Shown: piece by piece, positions 36,961 through 49,439 of the stretch | How the letters are laid out: each line of letters starts with the position of its first letter | Position numbering within the stretch: the first letter of the stretch is position 1 | Assembly (NCBI GenBank): GCA_011109175.1 | Contig: RDEW01000070.1 | Location: 62,001-126,000, forward strand | From: Dicyema japonicum | Lineage: Eukaryota; Animalia; Dicyemida | DNA length: 64,000 nucleotides | Direction of reading: 5' to 3' | Translations under genes and position numbers: made by a program | The notes under the pieces: generated by a model | The model's database searches: none | The model's input: only the letters and a program-made list of their open reading frames with translations | Told to the model about the DNA's origin: nothing

Positions 36961-38158
36961 CAATTTATTCATTTTATAGTATAATCAATGACTATTCAAT
37001 GACTTACTAATTTTTGTTATTGTGAATTGCATTAATATGGCATGTTCACTATAGAGAGGGTTGACTGTACGACAATCGATGGTCTCTAAGGCCCGAATGT
37101 TTACTATGTGAAGCTACATTCTCTAGCGAGAATATGAAACCTTCAAAACTGACGCAACACTTTCTAAATAAACATGGTGGATCTGATATAGTGGCAGTGA
37201 GAAGTGATTCGCAATTAACTCTGAATTCCAAAAGAATAAAATCCCAATGTACGGATTACACACTGTTTTTTTCATCGTTATGTATTAGCTGTTAATCAGA
37301 TGTTAACATATTTAGACTCCAAATGCGATAATATAGTCGGATGATATCGACTTTGTTTCTGATGACGTGTAAACCCTTTCTTCATCACGCTCTTAGCAAA
37401 CTACTAAATTTTTTTCTTAAGGGTGTCTAACATTTAACCAAAATAAAGCCGAATACACTTATATGCTTATTGCTGAACGCTCTCATGCTGAGACGTGGAG
37501 AAGGCATAAAAATCGGCTAACTCCTTGCCGATTCTAAAGATATTACTCACAGACTATTTCGCACAATCCGAGGAAGCATTTCTGGAAGGTGAAAACCTTT
37601 ATTCATTAAGAGCAATAGCTAGCAATAGGGGTGCTTGGAAGACGATATGTAGTATGATACTGAGTGTAGCACAGGAAAAATTAATTTATGATTTTCCCGG
37701 TTATCTAAGTGAGTGTTATCTATTCTTTTGACCCACTTCACTGAGAAGTCTCACGATTGAAAGGACTAGACATTTAAGAATGAAGTCTTAGCATAAAAGT
37801 TTCATAAAGTGTAAATGTCAGAGATGGCACTTTTAATAAAATATACTGTATGAAAATGACCTCAGTCAACTGAGTGATCCGAGACACACAAGGGGGAGGT
37901 TGATCACGGCAGGCTGGTACTACTCTTCTCATTTAAAGTTGTAATGTTTCTAAAGAGAGGGTAACAAGTTGGGTGATCTTAGTCACAGGAAACCAATGAC
38001 ATTATCGAAGAGAAAGAAGATAAATTTTAACCAATTAACCACACACCACAAGGCTTATCTCATTAATATAATAATGAGTAAAAATAATTGCAAAATTTAA
38101 TTTTAATAATTATTATAAAATTATTAATTTAATAGAAAATAATTATAAACATATTTAA

Positions 38159-40157
38159 ATGGCTGACGATGCGTTGAGTAGAATAATATTCAACCAACTC
38201 GTTTTACAGAGAAAGACAGTAAATAATACATATTCTGACATAATAATACACTGTAAACTACAACTAACATTTGGCAGATAATGAAGCTATAAAGACAATC
38301 AAACAAACGACCATAGAAAATGACGACCTTATAAAAGAAAACAACCTTCTTAAAGCTAAAATTGACGACTGCGAACAGTTTATCGCTAAAAAGTCATTTT
38401 CTTGTAATCTCCTAGTGTCGGAAAAGAAGACTTTGAAGATCTGCAACAAAGAGAAGCCGCCATGAGGGAAGAAAACATCTCAGTTGATGATGACGTCATT
38501 TTAGTATTCCAAGCAAATAATCGAGCTCCACTCAAAGATCGATGTACTGAAGGAACAGAATAACAAGGAATCCTCTGAATACAAGGAAGTCATCCACAAC
38601 CAAGAAAACCAACTAACTCGACTTTCAGAACAGTAACTTAAAATTAAGCATGTGGGTAGGCTTGGGGAACTTACTTTTTTTCAATGATGAATACAGGATT
38701 AAAATAAATGAACTTCTGGACCAAACTAAAAGAAATCAAGATCTCTTCAATGTGAACACATATGGTTTATTAAAAAGCAATTGGAGAAGGAGAAAGACGA
38801 TTTGATAACTCAGCTCAGTTCTAAAAATGAAGAAGTTATGAATTTGAGGGAAATTATCAAAACGGTTGAAATTCAGCAGGGTTTAATGGAGAATTTCGTC
38901 AAGAAGTAATTTTTATTCTTATTAAAGAACAAATAGAAACTTCGATAACCTCAACAGAATCAGCCCTTTTCGATTCGAGGTGAGATTTTATTTAAATTTT
39001 GAAAAATAATAAATTTAAAAAATTTTATAAAATAGAGCAAAATTGTCAAAACTGAAGGATACAAAGATTTCACATAAAATTGTAGATGATTCTTTTACAA
39101 CTAGAACGTCCATAACTGCAGTGCCAACTGTGTGACATTGTGCGGAAAGGACATTCTAGTTGGCTATAATAATGGCTTTATTGACCGGTATAAGGTCACA
39201 AAATGTATGTCCTACACTATTAACCAAACAGCTGAGTTTACCCCAAAGAAGACCTTCAGTGGATGCAGTCTTGCAGTGAATGCTCTAGCAGTGGACGGTG
39301 AGATGAAATATTTGGCTGCTGGAAGCAATGACTTGAACCTTAGAATTTGGAGTTTTGAGGTCAACAGGTCGATTGTGAGGTTTTTCTTTGATCTTTAGTG
39401 CACGAATACCCACAACTCTAAAGTCATGGCTGCCACGTTTCTGAAGTTTCATACATCTCCAAGGGTCGTTTCAGGATGTCGAATTATTAAATTATTGGAC
39501 GTAAGGAAGTCTCAGAGTTGAAATCTGTGTTTTCACGTTTTGAGACATTTACACGTTGTTTGCTGGCTCGACTGTAATTGACCTGCTGGCCGTGGACTCA
39601 TCGGTGATCATCTCCACTCATTTTGACAAGAGTGTCCGCACGTGGGACACAAGAGAGAAGTCGGCTCTTAAAAGTGATTGCATTATTCTTGATGAGAAGA
39701 TCACAGGAGCCGATATTTTTTCAGGTTTGTGTTTTACTGATGAAATAGAGTCCCACGTGATTTGTTCTCTTCAAGGAAGAAGTCTTGTCAACGTTGATCG
39801 AAGGAACTGGACTGTTGTGGGGATGTACAGGTTTGGCATTCCATGTTTTAACTCCCTTTAGCGCTGACGATTATTTTGTGGACTTTCCCTACTCCAAACC
39901 ACGTGTCAGGTAAGACTGGTAGTCAGTGATAGTCCATGTGGCCAGTTTTTGGCTTCTGGTTCCAAGGATGGATCGATTTATGTGTGGGACACTAATACGG
40001 CTGAATTGGTTAGTAAATGGGAGACGTCTCAGCCAAATTCGAGGTTTTGCATGTTAGATTATTGGTAGTAGTGGAGTATCCTCCGTTGTTTGGGTCTCCT
40101 GTGGGTAGTGGCTTGATATCAACGTATCTTAATGGTGACGTGGTTATGTGGCATTGA
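38159..40157 (+). CDS. ATG16L1: Autophagy protein ATG16L1 (coiled coil plus WD40 repeats), many tiny introns, two apparent 1-nt indels
   Basis: N-terminus IFNQLVLQRKTVNNTYSDIIIHYNE matches the ATG5-binding helix; WD40 motifs LAAGSNDLNLRIW, STHFDKSVRTWD and LASGSKDGSIYVWD. Confidence 0.88.
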
Positions 40158-40429
40158 CTGCTCATTTTTGATATTTTTCTTTGTGTAATAATTCAACGTG
40201 GTTTTTAACTTGTTGATAATGATTGTGTCTTTCATAAATATTTTACATGAGTAATTAATATGAAAATTCAAGCCTATTTTCAAGCATACTTAGTTTAAAG
40301 TACTCTTCGTTTCCCATAAGGCTTTCGCGTCTGCTCCCCTATTATGCTCCCCTATACTTAGGCTTTCCTTACCGTATTCCTTCCCGACTTCTCCGTTCAC
40401 TCTGGGATCTTTTAATAGCAGAAGACTTA

Positions 40430-40910
40430 AACAACCTTACAAGAAACACCAACTGGCATGCGATCTAACAAAATATGACATCTCTGTCTGCTGTCTACAA
40501 GAGACAAAAACGACCGTACAATGAACAGAACTGTTTGGCAGATTCCACCTTTTTACCCTCCCACCGGTCTGCTGATATTATGGTTTCGGATTTTCAGTCC
40601 ATCAGAGTCTGATTCGCTGTGTTACAATAGTGTGGGCAGCATCTGACATTATAATGGAAATGGCGGACACCTAGACTACCTAGAGATTAACAATGAGAAC
40701 AAACCATCGTTAGGAAGAAGACCCAGAGTCACTCTACCCGTGGCTCTGAACAAGGATCTTAATGGAATTGGAAGAAAACTTAAATGTGCAGAAGACCTAG
40801 AAGATCTAAAGACAGATGCGCAAACTAGAGGGCGATGGAGATGCCTAGTGAAGTAGATTTTGAAACGTGTGACACAAACGGGACCTTAGTTATTATAACG
40901 CTCTTGGGTT
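40430..40910 (+). mobile_element. Internally deleted RTE relic (APE start joined to 3' end)
   Basis: YDISVCCLQETK followed by GRRPRVTLPVALNKDL. Confidence 0.7.
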
Positions 40911-41185
40911 CTGTGAAAGTGCTTTTAAGAATGAAACTACGATAAAGAGAACGACATTCCCAGAGAGGTGTCAACCACTCAACCAACAAAGGAATACCTA
41001 TTAGTAAATCTACTGATTAGTAATCTGAATTATGTCAATTCACCTTGAAATTTGAATTTTATTCAAATTGTAATTTTTTATTTTTATGTTAAAAATATTA
41101 GTCATTTAAATTATAGATGGGTTGTGTTTTGCCGTTAATGTTTCAATTTAAATTACGTTATTCGTGATTCATTCCGGGTAGAATT

Positions 41186-43509
41186 ATGGAAGACAGTGAT
41201 GAGTCGTGTTGTAAACTGAATCTGTTTCTCGCTGATTTTGACTCAAATTATGACGACGATGGTCGACCTAATCCTTCAAAGGGAATCCGTCCTCAGAAGG
41301 ACAATCAAAGCACGATGGAAGAAGAAAGTGATAGCGATGACTCATTGGCTGAATTGAACCTTTTTCTGACCGACTTTGAGTCAGAGTTCAACCAAAAAAG
41401 TGACCGGGAAGATCCCTCAGAGTTAGTCGATCCTCAAAGGAGGAAGTTGTCCAGATGATGAGTGTCAACCAGAGGAAGGTCTCCCGTTCAGAAATGGTAT
41501 TCTGTTAGCTTTAAAATAGACTCATTTTGAGAAAGGCCTGGACCAAAAGACCATCAACTACAAAGCCAAGTGGAAACAGATTTCGTCAAAATTGGATACA
41601 ATTCAAGACCCTTGGGAAGATTTTCCCGATATTGAGGTCGCGTAATTATGTCAATGACAGGTCAAGGAGGTCACTCGATATCGTTACAGTCCTGATACTA
41701 ATAAATGGACGGTTGATCATATTCAAGTAAAGATGGAGGATAAGGTACTTATTCGAGGTATTTCTAGCCCTTTTCTCATGGATCAATGCGGGAATGCTTC
41801 AGACTGTAAAATTTATTTTTTGTAATTAATTATTATTTTTATTTAATTAAAAATATAATTATTTTTAGGAAATGCTTAACAAATTTTACAAAATGCAAAG
41901 ATTGGAGGAATTGCGTGGCTAAGCGGTATTTGGACTTTGCGAATGTGGAGACGTACAAGAATGACGTCATCATGCAGGCTGTGGCGAAAAGGTGGAGTGA
42001 AATGTACAACAGAGCGAATCCACCTAAAAAAGTAAAATTAAATATTTGAATCAGATTGACATGGTGCAGCTGAACATGATCGAATTTAATCAGGAAAATC
42101 GATTTTACCACATCGAGCCGTTTATTATGGGGGACTACGTGAAATATAACTCAAACTGCGGCTTCGTGAACAAATGTAAGAGAAACACTCCTCAGGTTTC
42201 CTTGAAAATATATTTTAGGCGTTTTCTCACTTCACATTCGAGAAGTCGGGACACAAACTGATGGTCGTGGACATTCAAGGGGTCGATGATTTGTACACGG
42301 ATCCTCAAATCCATACACACGACCTCGGGCAATTTGGAGATGGGAATCTGGGCATTCGTGGAATGGCGCTCTTCTTCCAGTCCCACGTGTGTTCTTCGAT
42401 ATGTGTTGCCTTGGGATTAGAGAACTTTGACTTGACTGACTCAGAATTGGACAGAAATCAGCATTCTTATGTGGTAATTTGAATATTTATTGTGGATTGG
42501 TACCCCACTTACTGTGGCTAGTTTGGACAGAGATCTATCAAATTCTGAGTCGTCTGCTCTTAAGGACGGGTACTTGGTTTGTTCTCCAGTCAAAAATAAA
42601 TTTTTGAACGTAAACAGACCAATGTGCAATCTATCTGAATGTTCTGGTGATGAGGTTACAATTAAATATTTATTTTTTGTTAACAATTTTATTTATTTTT
42701 ATAAATCAATTTTTTATGTTTAGAATGATAGTTCCCACGTTACTATCTTGGGAGTAATTCGACGAACGAGGCTAATTTGATCGATAATGGCACAGAGGTC
42801 TCAGTGTTATCTAAGGTAGAGGAATTTAATCAACGTGTGTAGATTCACCACCAACTCGCATTATATCACCAAATGGGACGCTTCACTGATTCTTCAGTTG
42901 ACTGGATAGCCTATGACTTCCATGAGAATATTGCTGCTAAGCTTGGCAACCCCGAAGCGATGGAAAACCTCTCAAAGATCTACTTGGACTTGATGATTAC
43001 TGACTTTAAGCTCAACGACATTCTGAACCCCCAGGTCCCCGACTTCTTTTATTTCAGAGGACTCTTGAAGATCTTAAAAACTTGGGAGTTGAGTTCATGA
43101 TTCGCTGCGCGGAAACTTTCGGTTCCCTTTTCTGTTTAAGACACGTGGCTCACTGTTGGCTGGAGGGTTCTGGGCCTGGTAAATTAAGGTTGATGGTTGA
43201 CTGATGTGTTAGTGAGAGAAACTGGAGACGTGCTGCCGACTGTCTGGAGACTTTGATTATGAGCGGGACAGAGGAGTTCTACGAGGAGACACATTTGCAA
43301 CTGTTCAGAGAGAGGGTCGAGCTGGCTAAAGTCTACATGGTTGGGGGATTTGGAGTTGACGTTGATAAGAGACGTGCAGGCATGCTTACTAGTTTATTGT
43401 AGGCCAACTCTTTACTGAGGCTGCCAATGAAGCTATTAAGATTAATTATGTAGAGTTGGCTATGAAGTATTTTTCTTTGGCAGAAGAGTGCCAAGTCGAG
43501 GAGCAATAA
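41186..43509 (+). CDS. EEF2K: Eukaryotic elongation factor 2 kinase (alpha-kinase plus SEL1-like C-terminus)
   Basis: Spliced: QDPWEDF..PFSHGSMRECFR..VAKRY..KYNSNCGFV..TPQAFSHFTFEKSGHKLMVVDIQGVDDLYTDPQIH..FGDGNLGIRGMALFFQSHVCSSIC; ends AEECQVEEQ*. Confidence 0.96.
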
Positions 43510-43967
43510 GCTGTATCGGTGGTGGTTAACTATTTTTTAATTAAACTGTGAAATTTACTGGTTCGCTTGTTAACCACGTGTAAAGCCTTATGTGCGTAAT
43601 GCATCACCAATTTTTATTCTTTTCTCGTTCTCTCCCTAACTATCTACCTGTACTAGATCATGAGTTAATATTTTTGAATTCATATTGTACACGTGTATAA
43701 GAAATTTCAACCTTTGTATGGCCATCGTTGCAACTCACTTGCGTGGGTCGATACAGTAAAAATTGCCAGCAGACAACGAAAAGGGAGCAGAGTTTTTTCT
43801 GAATGGTTATGAGATTATCTTCATGATCCCCATTTTCGTAAGTTCCGCAGTCATCCGATTCTAATGTTTTCCAAATGTAAATCCTTATCAAACGTCACAT
43901 TCAGGATGTTTGGTATAACTGTAAAAGCCACATCGCTAATCGTGGTCTTAGGCCCGTTTGTTTACAG

Positions 43968-44030
43968 ACTATCAGGCCTTACCTGACATGTGGTTTGGAC
44001 TAGGGAAAGTCCACAAAATAATCGTCACCA
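43968..44030 (-). repeat. Inverted ~60-bp copy of an ATG16L1 exon with its splice donor (39865-39925)
   Basis: tgacgattattttgtggactttcccta..tgtcaggtaag is shared. Confidence 0.85.
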
Positions 44031-44549
44031 CAAAAGGGAGCCTAAACAAGGAATATTTTTAAAGATGTAAATAAGATTTTTTCGATATTTTGTAGGTAAT
44101 AATAAAAATAATAACACCAGAGACCACGGTTACACAAACTAACTAATCAAGTGATTTCAGCACGCTCTAGCAGGGACCTTATCTTTGCCTGATGCTCGTC
44201 CCCACACAAACACGCATCGGTCGAGTGATTGGACCTTCGCAGTCACGACGGCGCGTTCCGTAGTTCATTCTTATCAAGGTTTTTAGAGGCATTGGTGGCT
44301 GGAGTTCTCCAAGAATCCAGCAAACGTTATTTTGGAGGCTCTTTTCCGGCTAGCCTCAATCTTCAAAAACATTCGTCCAAGAGATGAGTAGACCCCATAT
44401 GCCACATGCATAAAGATGAATGGTTCAATGAATTTTTTATACACAGTGCTCAAAGCAGAATGCTTTCCGATCTTCCATAAGCCTGTGATGGCATTTCAGA
44501 ACATTAGTTTTTTTCGCAATTTGTAATTACGTTTAATTAATTAATTTAT

Positions 44550-44845
44550 TAACCCCGGATACACCGAGAAAGAAGTTAAAGTAGACAACTAATTAAGTGT
44601 ATCCAGTTTCCACTTCTACAGAAACAGAGTCCATCCGGAATCAGCATAAAAATAGGACGTCCATTACATGCAGTTGTGGAAACCCCTCCAGTGTAGTGGG
44701 GAAGAGCAAATGATCCTTTTTCGTGCCGGCCTGGCATTGGGCGTCACCTAGACAGGTGGATCACATGACGCCACTCTAATAGGAAAAAAGAGGAGGAACA
44801 GACAAGCAAGCAGAAAACTTCAACCAATTAACCACGCGGCTATAA
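44550..44845 (-). mobile_element. SINE-like family B copy
   Basis: Collinear with 33678-33990. Confidence 0.8.
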
Positions 44846-45149
44846 TAATATCAATAAGTAATTACGTTTAGGTGACAGCACTTTTTGTGTAATAACACGG
44901 TTATTTAATATTAATCACTTTCACTTGATTAATTATTTTATTTTAATAAATAAGTATTTTAAATTATTTTAAACATTTCATGTGTTATCTTATCTGCAGT
45001 GTTATTAAACTCTGCTATATTATTCCTGTTTTAAGAGGCATTTGAGATATAATGCTATCGATTTGCAGGCACATTTAAATTATGTCCCCTTATTTTATAA
45101 TCCAATATTTTTTAAGTCTTATATATTAACTACTAAAAGTGATCTCTCA

Positions 45150-45840
45150 AGGTCCCTGGTAGTAAACCCAGACAAAATGGAAAGAACTAGAATATCCCGT
45201 TGCACCACGAGAAATGAGGAAAGGTTGAGAACATGCAAGAAAGTTGGATCTCTCTTCGGAAAACTTTATTCACAAGAAATTTCTGGCTGTCGCTTCTGTC
45301 AAAAAATTTTAAGCGATCTGGATGCGACGAAAGTTCATAGGCACTCGCCTTCGAATTCGGTTGTACAACTTTTTTATCGAACCAATTCTACTTTATAACG
45401 CGGGGATCTGGGGACTAACCACCAAAGAATTGGAAAACCTCAACTCTTTCCACAGAAAACAACTGCGACTTCTTCTGGGAGTCTACCGGCCAACGAGCTA
45501 TAGAGAATACTCAAACACAAAGATGGGAATAAAGGTGCTTCTGCGAAATGGCAGCTTTTTGGACATAGCCTAAGAGCTTCGGAAATGGCACCGGTAAATC
45601 AGGCCATGGAATCATACTTTTCTGTATTAAACAAAACAACGCATCGAGGTCGACAAAGCACTCACTTTGATAGGAAGAAAACTGAAAACAGCAGAGGATC
45701 TGGATGATCTGAGGGCGGATGCGAGAAACATGGGAGGATGGAAACGACTCAAAGAGCGTGTCCAGAGATGCATGGCAAAAGTGGAATCTCAAATTAGTTA
45801 ACTTTGCTGGTTCTGCGGACATTGCTATTAATAATAAAAT
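45150..45840 (+). mobile_element. RTE 3' fragment
   Basis: KKVGSL..RLYNFFIEPILLYNAGIWG..LNSFHRKQLR..RGRQ. Confidence 0.85.
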
Positions 45841-45859
45841 TAACTAGTGTAACAAGAGC

Positions 45860-46480
45860 CTGATGGTCCTTAGTTCTAGTCTCGCTGCTGAACATTCTGG
45901 CTTACGGTTCCACGCATCTACGATGCTTTTGCTTGATCAGTGAACATTCCATTGCGGAATCGGATCGTCTACAAAAGGACTCACTCCAAACAGAAAAACG
46001 AATTGAAGAACATTACCAGGTTCTCCTCTACGATAAGTTATGATAACTGTTCTTTACTTAAAAGAAAGTATGTGTACTCCCTGGAAGGAGCGATAGCTAA
46101 TTTGGCTCTTCGTAAAGTGCATAAATACGCGAGAATGCCCATTTATCGCTTTCACACCATGGATAATTCTTTATGTAAGATATTGCAACAGATCTGTTTG
46201 AATAATTTTAGTGATAATTACGAATCCCAGACTCATTGAGAAAAAAAATTAACATTTAACATCTAATCAAATACATCCAGTTCCACAATCGCTGAGATAC
46301 AAATAATTTTCAAATCTCGCTGTTGTCAATTCTGACCTAAAGTTCCACGTGTTCCTGGATTGACGAGTGGAGCCGTCATACGTGATACCTTGGGGAACCA
46401 GATCGTCTACAGGAACTCACATAAAAAGAGATATAAAGAAATTCCTTGACCAATTTTTAACGATTAGTTAACATAACTGT
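45860..46480 (+). mobile_element. Two degenerate SINE-A bodies (45860-46080 and 46305-46480)
   Basis: tctcgctgctg..ggttccacg..ggaatcggatcgtctaca..ggactcac matches SINE-A. Confidence 0.65.
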
Positions 46481-46637
46481 TCTTCTCTTGACATGCTACA
46501 AGAATTGGATCTTATTTATTTATTATTTTTTATTTAAGAATTAGGGTTCTGTGAAGTTATGTTATTATTATTAAAAATAAAATAAAATTATGCAAATATT
46601 AATTGAATTTAAAAACTGTTTTGTGGACTTTTAATTC

Positions 46638-49373
46638 ATGTCGGAAGATGCCAGTCAAAATAAAATTAAGTTCATCGAAATAAAACTCAACCGTGACCTC
46701 TGCAAAAGTACTGATTTTCCCACCCAGGAGTACTATTATGAAGATCTCCTAGCCTCACAAGTAATCCACAATTTTGACCCAGATCGATAACCCAGAGGAA
46801 TTGGAAACTCAGAGCACTAAAAGGAAACTCAAAGAGATCAGTGTCTCAAAAAAGCTGCATAAAGAATTTGTAGAACTAATATTCACTAAAGAGCAAAATG
46901 TTGGTCGAAAAGGGAATCAGTGAGCGGGAGGCATTAATTGAAATGGAGAACTTCTCCCACCTTGGAGACGGCTACGACAAGTCAGACCCTTTCATAGACG
47001 ACGGAGAAATTGTAGACTAATTCATAATTAAAGTTCGATGAGTGCATTCCCACGAACCTGAGGACTGAAATTGGGGGGTTTTTCATTAACGAAGGCCCTT
47101 TGGTGATCTCCTCAACTGACATGGGAAACGGTTCTAAGCCAAAGGCCAAAAAGAAACGAGAGAACCCTCCAGAAACCTCACCTAAGATTCCCAAACTACG
47201 TGCTAAGTTTTATGGATTTTAATTTTTAGAAAACTAGATAGAGATTTAACTCTCCCCCAGTTTCTTAATGGCTACATTGAGAAGTGGTACAATCTTATCG
47301 GCTACACAGCTAATCTGACTTGTGGAACCACGTGGGATGGGGAGACGGACGCTTTGGAGGCTATTTTTCCACTTATACCTCCTTCGATGGAGAGAGCCGT
47401 CAACAAAATGATTGAAATTTACTTCCCCCATAAAGAAATTTCAATTCTTGACGAATTTGTTGCCGAGTCCCCACAAACACGTGTGCCATTAACTGCCCTC
47501 TGTCCACAAAACTCGTCAAATCAGCCTCCCTTAAATTCAGATGACTCTAAGAGCGCCCCGTTGGAATCTTCAGTGATCTTTATTTCGCACGACGAACCTC
47601 CCCACTTCGAAAAACCGATAATTTCCGTTCTTAATCGATTTTTAGAGGTATACCAACCTAAAATATAAAAAATAGAGAATGGACAAGAAACGTGCTCAGA
47701 GTAGATTGGACGGTCCCCGAAGGCCAGACTACGAGGATTCTAAACTCTTATTAGTGTTTGATGTTATCTAATGCTAGTCTTTATGCTAACTGTCGCCGTT
47801 TTGGCTTGGGGACTGAACAGTGGGAGAGCATATTGGAGATTGTGGCGACCGGCTTAAATATGGGGGGAGATAGAGAGGAAAAGTTGTCGAAGTTGAGTGA
47901 TTATTTGGACGACGTGTCTAAGCACTTTTGTGGAGGGATTGATAATGTGTTGATTTTGAAGTTTGTTGGAGATGGTTGTGTGATTGTTTACTGTCAGAAA
48001 CGTTGAAGATTGAGATTAAAAGGGCAGAAGTAGAGTGTGATGATCAGAGTGGAAAGAAGAAGGGAGCTGCGAAGGTTATTATCCCTGAGAGACAAAAGTA
48101 TTTTTTGTTATTTTTTATTTTATTATTTTTTCGTAAAAATTATTTATTTAATTTTAAATATTTTATTTTTTGTTGTACTTTTATAAATTTTTTATGACTA
48201 TAAATTAAAGTATGTTATATGTCAGTAATACACAGCGTAGTGATATAGAATTTGCGCCCTAAGCGAGGGTGAAATGTCTAATATCTCCTATCTTCTATTA
48301 TGAACAATTTTGTCAACATCGCCTTAGATTTTTTATTAGTATTAGGAAGAGTTATATTTACTCGTTTTATTCTTTTATGGCTGCCCGTTTAATTTTTAAG
48401 GAATAGTGCAACGAAGAGCTATTAGCGGTTTGAATGTTTATTCGGCATTTTATTTATTTTTCTTGTATTATATTTAATATTTAAAATTATTTTTTAATAT
48501 TTTAGTATTTTTTTGTCAATAAACATATATTTTTAGGAACGTGATAAAGACAGTATTTGTACTGTTTTTCCTGGCTATAAAGATCGACAAATTGTCAGGT
48601 GCTACCTTCCTAATGCACATGAATACGTTCATTAAACACTTTGTCTCTAAACTAGGCGGATCTAAAGCTGGCCTTAACCAATCGTAGTAGTCTCACTAAC
48701 TTATAGGTTGCTCCTCTCTGCTTCCGAATTTCCTCTTAGGAAGATTAAGAAACTCTTTGGTACTCCGAAACCTGCCAAGATTCCGATAGAGGTTGTGAAA
48801 CTTGAGAAGCAACCCGAGGAAATTCAGATTCCGATAGAGGTTGTGAAACCTAATACCCAACTCATGGAAGTTCAAATTGAGAACAGAAACGCGGAAAATC
48901 CTATGGATTTGAGTAAAGAAAGAGAGGAAGTCAAAGTTATTGATAAAATCTCAGTTTCTCAGCCAAATCATCAATTTGCTAATCAAAGCGAATCTTCGTC
49001 TTTGTTTACGCCGCCAATTCCTGTGAATATACGAAAAACGTGGCGTCCCCTAGAAATTTCTCATCCCCCTAAAACTCAACAAATGAAAAAAACTTTAGTA
49101 ATCCCCCAAAATCATGATCGGTCCTTCGTCAATTTGTTGAATTATTCCCCACGTCGGCATTTTAGACCGAATTATCAGATGGGAGAACTTCATCAGAGGA
49201 TGGATATTATTCCGAATGACCACAATTGGAGGGGGTTCGGAAACTTGTATGGCCAAGGGAGGTTTAACAGTCCCGATGTGAGATTTCAAAATGGATCGAT
49301 ATATCAGTGGAATCCTAATTTGTATAGAGGACCTGATAACGGGAATTTTTATAGGAGATCTCAATTTGAATAA
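46638..49373 (+). CDS. UBN1: Ubinuclein/Hpc2-family HIRA-complex subunit
   Basis: HRD motif GDGYDKSDPFIDDGEI|FDECIPTNLRTEIGGFFINEG. Splicing 48098-48536 and a 23-nt intron joins ORF 48708-49373 in frame. The 3' join is less certain than the HRD exons. Confidence 0.85.
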
Positions 49374-49439
49374 CCTTTCGATTATATTTTCATTAAATAA
49401 ATATTTTTTTTTTTTAAATCAAAAATTTATTAACAATAA

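Noticed and set aside
48708-49373. Standalone 221-aa gene
   Set aside because: It has no ATG start and splices in frame onto the ubinuclein exons, so it is treated as the last exon.
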